Source: Dipteris shenzhenensis
Lineage: Eukaryota
Strand: one strand, 5' to 3'
DNA length: 64,000 nt
Assembly: GCA_047967505.1 (NCBI GenBank)
Contig: CM106538.1
Part shown: piece after piece, positions 1 to 12,496 of the stretch
How the letters are laid out: the number at the start of each line of letters is the position of its first letter
Numbering within the stretch: position 1 is the stretch's first letter
Position numbers and translations under genes: made by a program
The notes under the pieces: model-generated
Told to the model about the DNA's origin: nothing
What the model saw: only the letters and a program-made list of their open reading frames with translations
The model's database searches: none

Positions 1-261
1 CATGATGAAGAGAGTGCTCATGACATGTACCTCAAGTCAATTAGGTTCCAAGATAGATTAGCTTGGACTCATAAAGAGAATCTTGAGATAGTGCAAAGTG
101 CTTGATTGATATTACTTCAAATGAACCTCCCTTTTATAGGTGAGTGTACTTACATCCATTTGCTTGCTCACATGTGGGATATCTCCTCCATGCCATGTGG
201 CAGCTTGTCCTTTGCTCATACCTTTACTCTACATGTGGTCATGGCACCACAATTCTCAACA
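1..261 (-). mobile_element. LTR of family A, cut by the window start
   Basis: Near-identical to the LTRs at 24632-24955 and 46866-47190; ends ...TCTCAACA (TGTTGAGA on minus); no PPT follows on the right. Confidence 0.9.
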
Positions 262-486
262 CGAGTACTAACTTTCCTTTACAATCTGAAAGATTAAAGA
301 TTTACATGATTAGAAAAGCTCTCTAAACAGTATAATTTTAACATATCCCATGCTTTCATGTTGTAAAACTCCACCATTGCAGCTTGGACCCTATGTACAT
401 CCAAAAAAACATTATTATGCTATGTGTACTCAAAGATTCTTAGTCCTTGCTTTGCCCCTTTGGTAGTTGGTCCTCCTTTTTTTTTG

Positions 487-1620
487 CTATGTTGGACATT
501 TTTCTTGTTTGTGCCTTCCAACGTCATGCTTTTTGAGATGTGTATAAATCCACACAACAAATCTTAAATAGCTTTCTTTCCTTGCATTTCTAATGTATAT
601 TGGTCTCGGGAATAGAGGGTTCTTAATGGCTTGACCTTGAAGTGCATTTACAAAGACATTATACATAGCTAAGTACCCTTGTCGACTAATGCCAGCAACA
701 TCACATGCATGGACAACTTCCGATGGATCTACAAGATTCTTTAAATCACTTGAAACCTCTTGTAATATTGCATGTCGCAATGCATGCCGACGAGGGTCCC
801 TAAGAATAGAAATGAATTCTTTCTTCTTAATTACACTCTTTATGGCACAAAGTTTGTCATAGGAATTTCTTCCAATAACCTCCTCCATAAAATTTCTATA
901 GAAATCATGATAACATTAGAAAAATAAATGACTCATTTGTAAGTAATGCTTCATAATTACAAAATAGTCCAAATATATGTACATACCTTGTAGCTTTCAC
1001 CTTGCATTTCCTTGCTCCACCACCATATGCCAAGCTCTCCATTGATTGCATGGGCTTGATCCTATGCTTGTAACCTAGAGGGGCTCTTTTTATCCTTTCT
1101 AATCTCCTAGTCAAAGTAGCAAGCTCTTGTTGGATACACCAAGCCTTTTCCAACAGTTTGTTCTTCTCATCTATTAATCTTGTGATTGTCTCTTGTGACC
1201 TCTCTTTTGTAATTTCTGAGTCATCAAGTTTTTTTAATCCTTAGGTTAGTTCTTCTTGGAGGTTATGCATGGTATCTCTAAGTATCTTTGTCTCTCCTTC
1301 CATTCTCAACAAGTGAACCTTTGCAAAGTGTGCTTCAGCATTGGAATGGCCGATGCGTTTACAATATTCTAGTAAGCCTTGAAGACCATCGCCTACGTAT
1401 TGAATCAAACTCGTCACATTTCAAACAAAGGTGGAGCACCTATCAAAGGATCCACTGGATAGAGTCCACCAACACTCCATAAGTCGACATGCTTTGTTCC
1501 TTGTTATCATAAATGATCTAGTGTATCTTTGCCGGCAACATTGTGGCCATAACATTGACGAGTTTTGGCATACTCTGGTGCAACTTCGATGTGCAAGGTG
1601 CTTTTTCGTGGCTTGTTGGT
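487..1620 (-). pseudogene. Fragmented ORFs of unknown, possibly DNA-transposon-derived, protein
   Basis: ORFs 487-888 and 905-1153 with an AT-rich intron-like break; segment ACDVAGISRQGYLAMY...LFPRP only loosely recalls transposase N-termini. Confidence 0.25.
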
Positions 1621-4600
1621 GCGATCTTCCAATGGAGCCATGGGAGAGGGATTTAGAAATAAGGCCTTAGATCAGTTCAAAGAATAGAATAGCATCAATG
1701 GAAACAAGTTTGGGACAATGGAAAGATATAATAGGATCAATGGAAGCAAGTTTGGGACAAAATGATGAGAAGAAATTGGATTTGGGTGTTGCAAAGTGCT
1801 TACGATAGAAGGAGTATAAATGTGGGATTGGAAGATGAATATACTGAGAAAGAGTAGGATTTAGATGTTGAAAAGTGATTTGAGTGCATAGGCATGGTTT
1901 GGGGGAAAGTTTTGAAGAGTTTTGGGCCATTTTGGGCACTTTTGAAAATTTTCAAATTTTTGGGCTAAAGTGTACCCACGAGATACTTTTTGGGAATGTG
2001 GACCGCCTAAAGGCTGTTAAGAGAGTTAACTTTTTGAGAGTGGGGGGGCCCTCCAAGTCAGATTGGGAGGTGCACTTTTGGGGACCACCAAGGACCTAGG
2101 GAGATGTACTTTTTGTAACAAAATAATACAACGTTTGTGCTCAACAGATAAGAGGATCTCGTACGCAAGAGAGAAAACAAGATAGTATGGAGAATCAAAA
2201 ATTTGATTACTGTAGAACTGATACAATAGATGGTGTAGCCTCCCAACTGTGCGCTCTTGTGAAAGAAGCTTCTGGATGCTAAGGAATCAGGGTTGTTGTA
2301 GCCAGTGATGAAATGGGCTTCACGGGCTTGCTCTTATATAGCCACCAGTCATAGTCAGTTAGGCTCAATTGGGTGACTGACCCAATCCACCCAAAATGGT
2401 CGACTGGGGGTCGGTCCCGAAATAGGCCACCGACCATACGATAGAACCGGTACGCAAAATAGAGCAACTAACCTGTAGTCTCCATTCAGCCCCGAGCCAT
2501 CCGGGTGTGAAGATAGTGGGAGAGAGGGAAGGAGTCTCACTTGCGGCTTTCTCACATACACAATGGGGGAATACACACAAAGGTGGAGGCTGAAAACAGT
2601 TTTCCTCTTCTTAGTTGTGAAAGCCAAAAAAACTCTAGTACAAAGAAATAGAAGAACCCTATATGTGGGTCTCAAACCAAACTCAGCTAACTAAGGTGGC
2701 ATACTAACTGAGATGAACTAGAGTAGATAAAGATAGCTGTCATCTAGCTATTATTCATGAGCGGTGTACCAACCGCATCTGTAGCTAACAAGTCGGTGAC
2801 ATAAATGCACAATGGTCACCCTGGCATATCATGAGTGGAGCTCGATATCTCAACACTCCCCCTCGAGCTCAATCCCAATTCTTGCACACCAAGCAGGTCT
2901 CTGAACTTGCACAGCTTCTCTACGCCCAATGCCTTCATGAATATGTCAGCTACCTAATTCTCTGTGCTAAATTAAACTAGATCAATAAGACCTAGTAAAA
3001 CTTTCTCCCACACATAGTGATAATGCACCTCAATGTGCTTTGTTCTAGCATGATAGACTGGGTTATTTGCCGAGTGTATACTGCTCATGTTGTCACAATA
3101 AATGACAAATGGCCCATTTGTAGACTGATGCATATCATAGAGTAGCTTATGCAACCAAGCTACCTCACATGCAGCCATCGCTGCACCCCTGTACTCAGCC
3201 TCTGTGCTCGACAAGGCAACTGTAGGCTGTTTCTTACTGCTCCAAGTGACTGCAACACTCCCCAAAGAGAACACATATCCACTAGTAGATCGTCTATAAG
3301 AAATACTACCAGCCCAATCAGCATTAGTGTATCCATGCAACTGTATCTGAACCCCAGCCTCATAAAATAGTCCATACTGCAATGTGGACTTCACATACCT
3401 AAGTATGCGTCTAGCTGCATCCAAATGCGGTTTCCTTAGAGCCTGCATAAACTGACTTACCAATCCAACAGCATAGCTCAAATCTGGCCTAGTAATAGTC
3501 ATATAAATCAAACTTCCTACTATGCTTCTGTGCATAGTAGGCTCTTCCAGAAGCTCACCTGCATCTGCACTCAGCTTCACATTCTACTCCAAAGGAACTT
3601 AAATAGGCTTACAGCCTATCATCCCATATTTGGACAGAATGTCCAATCCATACTACCTCTGCAAGAGCTGTATCTCACTTGGTGATCTAATCACCTCAAT
3701 GCCCAAGAAATAATGCAGCTCTCCCACATCCTTCATCTCAAACTTCTGCTTCAATAGCATTTTCACATGAAGGATACCTTCATCACTATCACCTGTGATG
3801 ATCAAATCATCAACATAAATGACAAGCAGCATAATACCTTTCTCTGTTTTTCTCACATAAAGTGAGAAATCTGCCTTGGAAATATGAAATCCAATAGTGA
3901 CAAGATACTATCCTATCTTGTCAAACCATGCTCTAGGTGCTTGCTTCAAGCCATACAAGGCTTTCTTCAACTTGCAAACAAACTCAGGATGAACAGCATG
4001 AACATAACCTGGTGGCTGCTCCATAAACACCTCTTCTTGCAAATCACCATGCAAGAAGGCATTCTTTACATCCATCTGATGTAAAGACCATCCCTTTGAT
4101 GTAGCCATTACAATGACTGCTCTTACGGTTGCCATCCTTGCAACCGGACGGAATGTTTTTTCATAATCAATGCCATATGTCTATGCATACCCCTTGAGAA
4201 CTAATCTTGCCTTGTATCTGTTCACAGAACCATTTGCATTGTGCTTGACCTTATAAACCCACTTACAGCCAATTGCATTCTTTTCTTTAGGCAAAGGCAC
4301 CAATTCCCATGTAGCATTTGCTTCCAAGGCATCCATTTCTTCATCCATGGCTTTCTCCCATTTTTCTTTTCCCATGGCTTGCTTAAAGGAAGTGGGTTCT
4401 GGTTCCTGTATCACTTTGACCATATAGGGATAGTGAATGGCTATAAATCCATCATATTTCAGCCTATCCACAGGATATCTAGCTCTGGTAGACCTGCGCA
4501 AAATAGGCTCACTTCTAGGTGCTCTCAAAACATCCCTGGTCTTCCTTACTCCAGGTGTAACAATAGAAGGAATACCCAACTCATCATCAATGCTTTGTTC

Positions 4601-5887
4601 TGAGCCACTGGATTCACCATCCACATAAGAGTGACCTGCATTCACATCAAACATGGGCTGATCTACCTTCTCTTTTCCTTTTCGTGATACCTGCGTACCA
4701 CTATCTGCATTGCTTTGAGGAGATTCTCCTGATCTCAATCTGCCTGTCCATGGTAAAGTATGTGAACCACTGGTAGAGGACACTGTAGGTCCACTAATAT
4801 TTTGTGATTGCTGCTGTGAATTCTGCACAGCATTACCATTTTCTGCATCTACATCATCAATCACATTTACTAGTTTATACCAGCTGCTCATCTCATAAAA
4901 AACAACATCTCTGATCACTGTAAACTTACGAGTAGAAGGGTTATAGCATTTATACCCTTTCTGCTGCAGAGAATAACCAATAAAGATGCACTTCTCAGCT
5001 TTTGGATCCAACTTGGACCTCAACTCATCTGGCACACGAACATAGGCAATGCAACCAAAAATTTTCAAATGAGAAATATCTAGTTTCCTACCAGTATACA
5101 TCTCCTCTAGCGTCATGCCATGTATTGCTACAGTGGGAGTCCTGTTCATTATGTAAACTACTATAGCAACTGCTTCAGCCCAATAATAATCTAGAAGGTC
5201 TTTTTCATTTAGCGTGGCTTGAGATACCTCTCTAGTATGCCTGTTTTTCCTTTCTGCAAGTCCATTTTGCTGTGGGGTATGACTGCATGAATATTGCTAC
5301 TTTATGCCATGCTCCTGCAGGAACTTTGCAAACTCATTTGAGAGGTACTCTCCCCCTCCATCTGACCTTAGGCATTTTATTTGTAGGCCCGTTTCTTTTT
5401 CAGCCATAGCTTTAAAAGCTTTGAAATTCCCAAACACTTCACTTTTCTTTTTCATAAAATGCACCCAAACTTTTCTGCTATAGTCATCAATAAAAGTGAT
5501 AAAATAATGACAGCCTTCAATAGATGCAGCTTTAGTAGTCCACACATCAGAGTGGATTAATTCCAATGGCTTCTTACTCTCTTGAACATGCCTAGGAAAT
5601 GGTTTCCTTGCCTGTTTTCCAAATTGACAGGCTTCACATACCTTATGAATTTCTGGAGGCAGTCAATAGAGCGAGCAAGAAAAAGTGAGCAAGCCCAAAA
5701 AAGCGAGCGACAATTAGTTGAAGTGATTGGAAAATCAAGCAAACAAAGAAAGAATCTAAGTTTTTTATAAAATAATTGCTTGAAGTATAAAGTATTCAAA
5801 TGAGTGGTTATGTGTCACATTTCTTGAAAATGAGTAGTCTAAAGTTAAGGACTATTCTAACATGACCCCATTTGGGTTTGGCAATTA

Positions 5888-6157
5888 TCCTGGGGGGTCA
5901 CTCATAAACATGTAACATACCACTTTTGTGCATTGAGGGGTATTTTTTAGCGGGGGGACTTACATGTTGTTTGTGTGCATGAGGGGATTTATAAAATAGC
6001 AACTTAATGTAATTTATATATGTAGATATTTTAAAATGTAAACACATACATGGGTTCAACCATTTACATGACAAAATGTAAATTGCAAGAATAAGGGTAA
6101 TTTTTAATACATGCTTGCTTGCACATGCTTTATGGTTTATGAAGAGTGACCCCAGAG
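5888..6157. mobile_element. MITE nested in the MULE-like element
   Basis: TIRs TCCTGGGGGGTCACTC / GAGTGACCCCAGAG; 8-bp TSD GGCAATTA / TGCAATTA; related to the MITE at 29586-29832. Confidence 0.65.
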
Positions 6158-6285
6158 TGCAATTAAAAGGTAGAGGATTTAAAATTTTGGCTTTTTTTTT
6201 GCCAAAATAGACAGTGTCTTCTCGCTCCCCATTATGGGAAACCTTGCTTTAAACTTTGTGGAAAAAATTGGACAGAATTTCACAA

Positions 6286-6697
6286 AATTCATATTCTGAT
6301 GCGCACAATTTTTTTAGATGGTACAAAAAGGCATGATATTGATCTAAATCATGCCTTGTCATTTGATTTAATATGTAACATTATGCCATTTATATTTGAC
6401 AATAGAAAGATATAGGGATGTTAAAAACTCATCTTTTGGGCCAAAAAAATCATATCTTGACATCTTGCAAAAATACAGGGATGTGAAAATGTCCTCTTTT
6501 GGGCCGAAATAGGGAGCACGTTAATGCGCTCCTTGTTTTGGCCCAAAAGAGGATATTTTCACATCCTTGTATCGTTTGATTTACAAGTCCAAATAGGGTC
6601 ATGTTAATATCAAATCAAATGGCAAGGCATACTTTAGATGATTAGCATGTCTTTGTGCACCATCTAGTAAAATTTAATGCACCAAAATATGAATTTG
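6286..6697. repeat. Long imperfect inverted repeat (foldback)
   Basis: Core palindrome GGATGTGAAAATGTCCTCTTTTGGGCC...TTAA(6521-6524)...GGCCCAAAAGAGGATATTTTCACATCC; arms extend outward with mismatches. Confidence 0.75.
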
Positions 6698-9600
6698 TGG
6701 TTAATTTGTTGCATTGGTTACATTAGGAGGTAAGAATAAATCATTAGGGAAGGATATTTTCCTAGTAACAAAGAAACATGGGTTTCATTCCAAGAGTGAA
6801 CAGAGTTAAAAAAGCTAAGCATTTACATATGCATGGAATCTAGACTAATCCATGTAAGGAGTCCTTGGAAACACCCCACCTATGTGGAAGGTTGCATTGA
6901 TGATCTCAATTACTCTAGTGGAAAGAGAGAGCTTGATTGCAGTTACTGTAGGGTTTGTCTTTAATACAAACAATGAATTATGAATTGAACACACAAACTA
7001 TCTCATGGATGATGTGAAATTAGTGTTCTCTTAGTGTTAGTGGCTCAGAAAGTTATATGCATATTTAACCTTCTAGCATTGAGGAAACATATGGACTTTT
7101 GAATAAGTTATTATTTTTTGCTACTGAAATGGGGGATTTATAAATCTTTTATTGTTTTTTATTGCTCGCTTTTTTTGGCTCGCTCGCTTTTTGTCGCTCG
7201 CTTTTTGGTAATCCTCGCATTTCTGCAACCTTGAATTTAGGCAATCCTGCAACAATATTTTGGGCCTGCATTGATTTAAGTCATTGTACATTAACATGAC
7301 CAATGCGTTTATGCCAGATATCAATATCTGTAACTACATCGGTCCCATGTGCAAACATTGCTACACTCAATTCAGGCATGTCCACATCTAATGTAAACAT
7401 CCTGCCCTCCTTCTTTCCTTTTGCTATCAAGCGACCATTATTTTTCATATCCTCAACAAAGCATCCATGATGATTAAATCTGACCTGCAAGCCCTGCTCA
7501 ACCATTTGACCAATAGAAACTAGGTTCTTGGTGATGTTCGGGACATGAAATACATCAAACAGGTATTTCTTTTTCCCATCCTACATAGACAAAGGAATTT
7601 TACCAATCTGCACAATAGGATGTGCAGTATCATCACCAGTCTCCACAAATCCTGGTCTTTCCATTTTCCTTGCATCCTGCATCCATTCTGCATGACCTGT
7701 CATGTGGTTTGATGCACCTGAGTCAACATACCGCACATCATTGCTTTCTTCTACACTTGTCATAGAATTGGTCATGTGTTGCAACATAAACAGATGCTCA
7801 TTTTTGTCATCACCCTGTCTACTAGAAGATGCATAATTGCCTTGCTGCAATTTTCCATTCATAATGTCATTCTGCTTTTTGTAGCAGTCTTTAGCCATAT
7901 GACCCATTTTACCACAATAGTAGCATTCAACATTGCTGTTTGCATTTTGGCCTCTCTGCCATCCGCCACGACCTCTTTGGCTCCCCCTGCCTCTAGAGTT
8001 ATCACGTCTTCCTCCAAAGGACTAATTTTCTTGAGTTTCCTGCATATTTTGATTTCTACCACGGCCTCCAGATCGGCCTCCTCTACGTCTGCCTCTACCT
8101 CTTCCAGCATTTGAGTAGAAGACAGTTTCTTTTGAAGTTCCTCCTGAAGAAGATGCACCACTATTTCTTTGCTCTTAAAAAATTAGAAGAGCAAACAACT
8201 CCTCAAAATCAGGAAATTTTTTGCGGACGGTAATGGATGTCCAGAACTGTGCATAATTCTTTCCTAGACCATTCAAGGTCACAAAAACTAGATCATCATC
8301 TTCTACTGGCGACCCAATGGAAGCGAGTGCATCTGCAATTTTCTTCACCTTCATGTGGTAGTCATTGATGTTCATATTTTCTCTCTGCACATTGTGCAAC
8401 TCCTATTTGAGCTTCATTTTCTTGGCTTGCATATTTGTGCTGTACATTTTTGCCAAAGCATCCCATGTCTCCTTTGGCATACTTGCATCCTAAATATGCA
8501 CAATCATAGAATCCAAAATACTGATAGAAAGCCAGTACATAACTTTTCTGGCTCTCTCATGCCATCCTTTAAATGCCTGCATTTCCTGTTGATTGGGAAC
8601 ATTAGGAAGAACTGGTTCTTCTTCATTTCCTGTAATGAACTCCCAATAGCCTTTTCCCATAAGGAAATTCGTCATTCTAAACTTCCATGCCTGGAAGTTG
8701 TTCTTGTCAAGTTTTTTAGTGACAATCTATGAAAGAGAATCAGACGCCATTATAGAACACTACAAAATATTCGGTCACTGCAAAAAACATAGCTTTTGCC
8801 TCACACGGGCAGATCTGCAAAACTGACGAAAGTGGTATTTGACCACACAGTCACTTCCTAGTGACGATTTTGCATCAACAGGCAACAAGGATGATTCCGC
8901 AACTCCCAATATCTCTGTGCACAGGCATATGATGCAATTTCTATGGCAACTTTTCACCGACCTGAAGAGCAGTGGTCGCACAGCAAAAACAGGGCCTTTT
9001 TTTGAGTGCCTGCAAAGAACTTCCGCCTTCAAAACAGGCCCCGAAATGGCCTCGAATCAGAAAAATAAAGTCACACAAGGCTTTGCCCTATCCCACAGCA
9101 TATATTGCCCTCTCGCCACATCACAAAGGGTGTCTCAATCTGAGATAGTGAACTCTTGCACTTCCGGCTATGCTACCAGCAGAGATTTGCTCCCAAACTC
9201 GAAAAAGGAAAGCAACACTTTTCCTGTTACAAGGACATTGCGAACTTGATTTGCTTTCTTGAGCTCCTTACCACAAACCAGGCTCTGATACCATGTGAAG
9301 ATAGTGGGAGAGAGGGAAGGAGTCTCACTTGCAGCTTTCTCACATACACAATGGGGCAATACACACAAAGGTGGAGGCTAAAAACAGTTTTCCTCTTCTT
9401 AGTTGTGAAAGCCAAAAGAACTCTAGTACAAAGAAATATAAGAACCCTATATGTGGGTCTCAAACCAAACTCAGCTAACTAAGTTGGCATACTAATTGAG
9501 CCACGAAGAAGAGTAGATAAGGATAGCTATCATTCAGCGATTATTCATGGGTGGTGTACCAACCGCATCTACAGCTAACAAGTCGATGACATAAATGCAC

Positions 9601-9987
9601 AACAGTCACCCTAGCATATCACGAGTGGAGCTCGGTATCTCAACACCGGGATCATCTGAGGCTCCAAATGGGCCCCGCAACCCAAGAGTGGGCTGCCCTA
9701 GGAAATGCTCCATCTACCCTCAGTGCAGTCAGTCAAGGGATGCCTTCCGGCACTTGCATGTAGCCTAGTTGGCGGTGTGCCAACTCTATCTGAAGCCATC
9801 TAGCCATCAGGCCACACATGGCCCCCATCTGGTGTCCAAACTAGGACCTACCAGATAACTGAGCTACTCAAACGCCTTCTCCTCATATGGGGGGCTTATA
9901 AGTAGAGTTAGCTGGTTCCTGCATAGTTACATGAGAGTGGGGCATTGATATCTAACACCCCCCCTCAATGTCCACCTGCAAGTGAAC

Positions 9988-12496
9988 TTACTTTTTCGGC
10001 CCAATGCCAAGTAGATGAAGATGCCTCTCCAGCAAGTCTCTTCCAAGAGCCTTCGTGAAGATGTCCGTAGCATTCTCTATAGTCGGACAGTACACCAAGT
10101 CGACCTCTTCATCCATGATGAGCTCACATACAAAGTGATATTGAATCTCAATGTGTTTTGTGTGAGCGTGGAGCACCGAGTTCTTTGCAATCGCCATGCA
10201 ACTTTGATTGTCACATGATACCTGTGTAGGCTTGTTCTGCACTGCACCCATGTCCCCCAAAATCCTCCTCAACCACACTGCCTCGCAAGAAGCAAAGCAT
10301 GCAAATTTGTACTTGGCCTCAGTAGAAGAAAGAGCAACTGTGGGTTGCTTCTTGCTGACCCATGACACAACTCCAGATCCAAGTGAGAAACAGTACCCTG
10401 TCACTGATCTCCTACTGTCCACATCTCCTACCCAATCTGAGTCATAGAATCCGGTCAAGATGTTGCCCTTGGTATAGGTGATCCCATAATCAAGTGTGCC
10501 TTTGATGTATTTCAGCACCCGCATCCCTGCCCTCCAATGGTTCTCTCGAGGATTATTGGAAAACCTGCTTAGTACACCAGTTGCAAAACTGATGTCCGGC
10601 TGTGTGTGGCATAGGTAAATCAAGCTGCCCACCAGTCTTTTGTACTTCACTTCATCCACCAGTGGTGATGAATCCTTGTTTGAGAGCTTCGCGTCAACCT
10701 CCATAGGGGTACCAACTGTCTTGCACTCAGCCATGCCAAATGCCTTCAGTATCTCTCCAGCATACTTCAGCTGTGAAATGAAGATCTGTTTTGGCTCTTG
10801 CAAACAGAAATGCATCAGTCCGAGGTCTGTCATTTCAAACTCTCTTCCTAGCAAATGCTTCATCTGCGAGATCTTCTCTTCATGGTTCCCTATTATGACA
10901 AGATCATCCACATGAAGGACCATGATCATACACCTGCCTCCTCTGAAGATATACAAATTTACATCAGATGGGCTCCTCTTGAACCTGTTTTGCAGAAAGT
11001 AGGCATCAATTCACTGGTACCATGCTCATGGGGCCTGTTTCAACCCATAAAGTGCCTTCTTTAGTTTGCAGACTTTACCTTTTGAACTGAGGATCTCAAA
11101 ACCTGGTGGTTGTTCCATGTATACCTCCTCCTTGAGATCTCCAATCAGAAAGGCGGATTTCACATCCATCTGAAACACGGGCCAACTTCCCTAGGCAGCT
11201 AAAACCAAAACACTGCCAATTGTGGTTAGTCGAGCTGTGGGAGCAAAAGTATCTTGATAATCAAAACCATGTACCTATGCAAATCCTTTTGCCATGAGCC
11301 AAGCCTTGTACTTATCCAACGTGCCGTCGGACATGTACTTGGTCTTGTACACCCACTTGGTTCTGATTACCTTATGTTTTGGTGGTCGATCCATAAGGTC
11401 CCAAGTGTTGTTCTTCATTATGGAGGAATACTCCGATTGCATAGCCTCCATCCACCTATCATCACCTTGTGCCTCTTCAAGACACTTGGGTTCATGAGCA
11501 CGGATCACTTCTATCATCAAAGCATAGTTGACCAAGTGTTCCTATGCCCTTCTTTGCTCCTCTAATCTCTTGGACCGGCAGTGTTTGGATGGTTCCTCCT
11601 CAATGGTTGGAGGTTCTTTGCTATCCATATGCTACTTTACCCACTTCGGGAATGGCCGTTGCCATAATTGTGGTTCTGCAAGCTCTTCTTCATCTTCTTT
11701 GTCTTGAATCCTCCCAAGCACCGTTGGGGGAGTTCGGTCTGCTATTGGTGGTGGTACTAGATGGATATCCTGGTCCTGGTTGTCTGGGAAGGAAGCATCC
11801 TCCTCCAATTGATGCGGCTGTTCTGAGAAGACCACATCGCGACTTACAATTACCTTCTTAGTAACAGGGTTATAGAGATAGTAACCCTTTGCCTCTTCAT
11901 TGTAGCCCAAGAAAATACACTTTCGGCTCTTCGGTTCCCATTTGGTCCTGGTAGCATCAGGGACATGCACAAAACAGTCACATCCAAAAACTCTAAAATA
12001 TGCAGTTGAAGGTTTCTTACCAGAAAAGGCTTGCAATGGAGTCATCCCATTCACAGCCTTCGTGTAGCTATGATTCAGGATGTAAATTGCAGTGTTATTT
12101 GGCAAATCTTTCCCTTTCATCATACTCCGGCCCATTTCGCAGATGATGCGCATCTTGCATTCTGCTACTCCATTTTGTTGTGATGTATGTGGCGGGGGTT
12201 TCCGCCTCTTGATTCTGTGACTTTTGTAGTAACTTTCGAATTTATTTGATGTGAACTCTCCACCTCTTTCTGATCTCAACTTCTTCACCTTCCTTCCCGT
12301 TTCTTTCTGGACCATTACATGCCATTCCTTGAACCTACTAAAAGCCTCGTCTTTAGTCTTCAGGAAGTATATCCATATCCTTCTCCTGTAGTCGTCGATC
12401 AGCATCATGAAGTAGTTGGAACCACCCAAAGCTTCTATCTCCACCTTTCTGCAGAGGTCCGTGTGAATGAGCTCTAGAGGAGCCTTTGCCCTGCTA
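9988..12496 (-). pseudogene. pol: Copia B pol: integrase core, RT and RNase H, frameshifted
   Basis: ORFs 11632-12444 (IDDY...LRSERGGEF...QQNGVAE), 11275-11535 and 9988-10956 (HVDD, SSTEAKY, TKHIEI). Confidence 0.92.

Larger units (their letters stand above)
5656..7216. mobile_element. Non-autonomous TIR DNA transposon, Mutator-like by its 9-bp TSD
   Basis: Interrupts C1 in the pre-integrase region; TSD GAATTTCTG (5647-5655) / GCATTTCTG (7217-7225); termini GAGG...CCTC with ~55-bp imperfect TIRs built of AAAAAGCGAGC units; AT-rich and non-coding. Confidence 0.8.
2972..8675 (-). pseudogene. gag-pol: C1 gag-pol: gag, zinc knuckle, protease YVDSGASNHMT, integrase LIHSDVW, RT YVDD, RNase H SSTEAEY/ARTKHIEV; stops and frameshifts; split by a MULE-like insertion
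   Basis: ORF track motifs at 8175-8675, 7581-7907, 5297-5566, 4181-5149, 3653-3856 and 2972-3580. Confidence 0.92.
2506..9645 (-). mobile_element. Ty1/Copia family C copy 1 (C1), full length and degenerate, inserted in the 3' LTR of B
   Basis: LTRs 2506-2855 and 9294-9645; TSD CCGGG at 2501-2505 and 9646-9650; tRNA-iMet-type PBS next to 9294; PPT after 2855. Confidence 0.95.
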
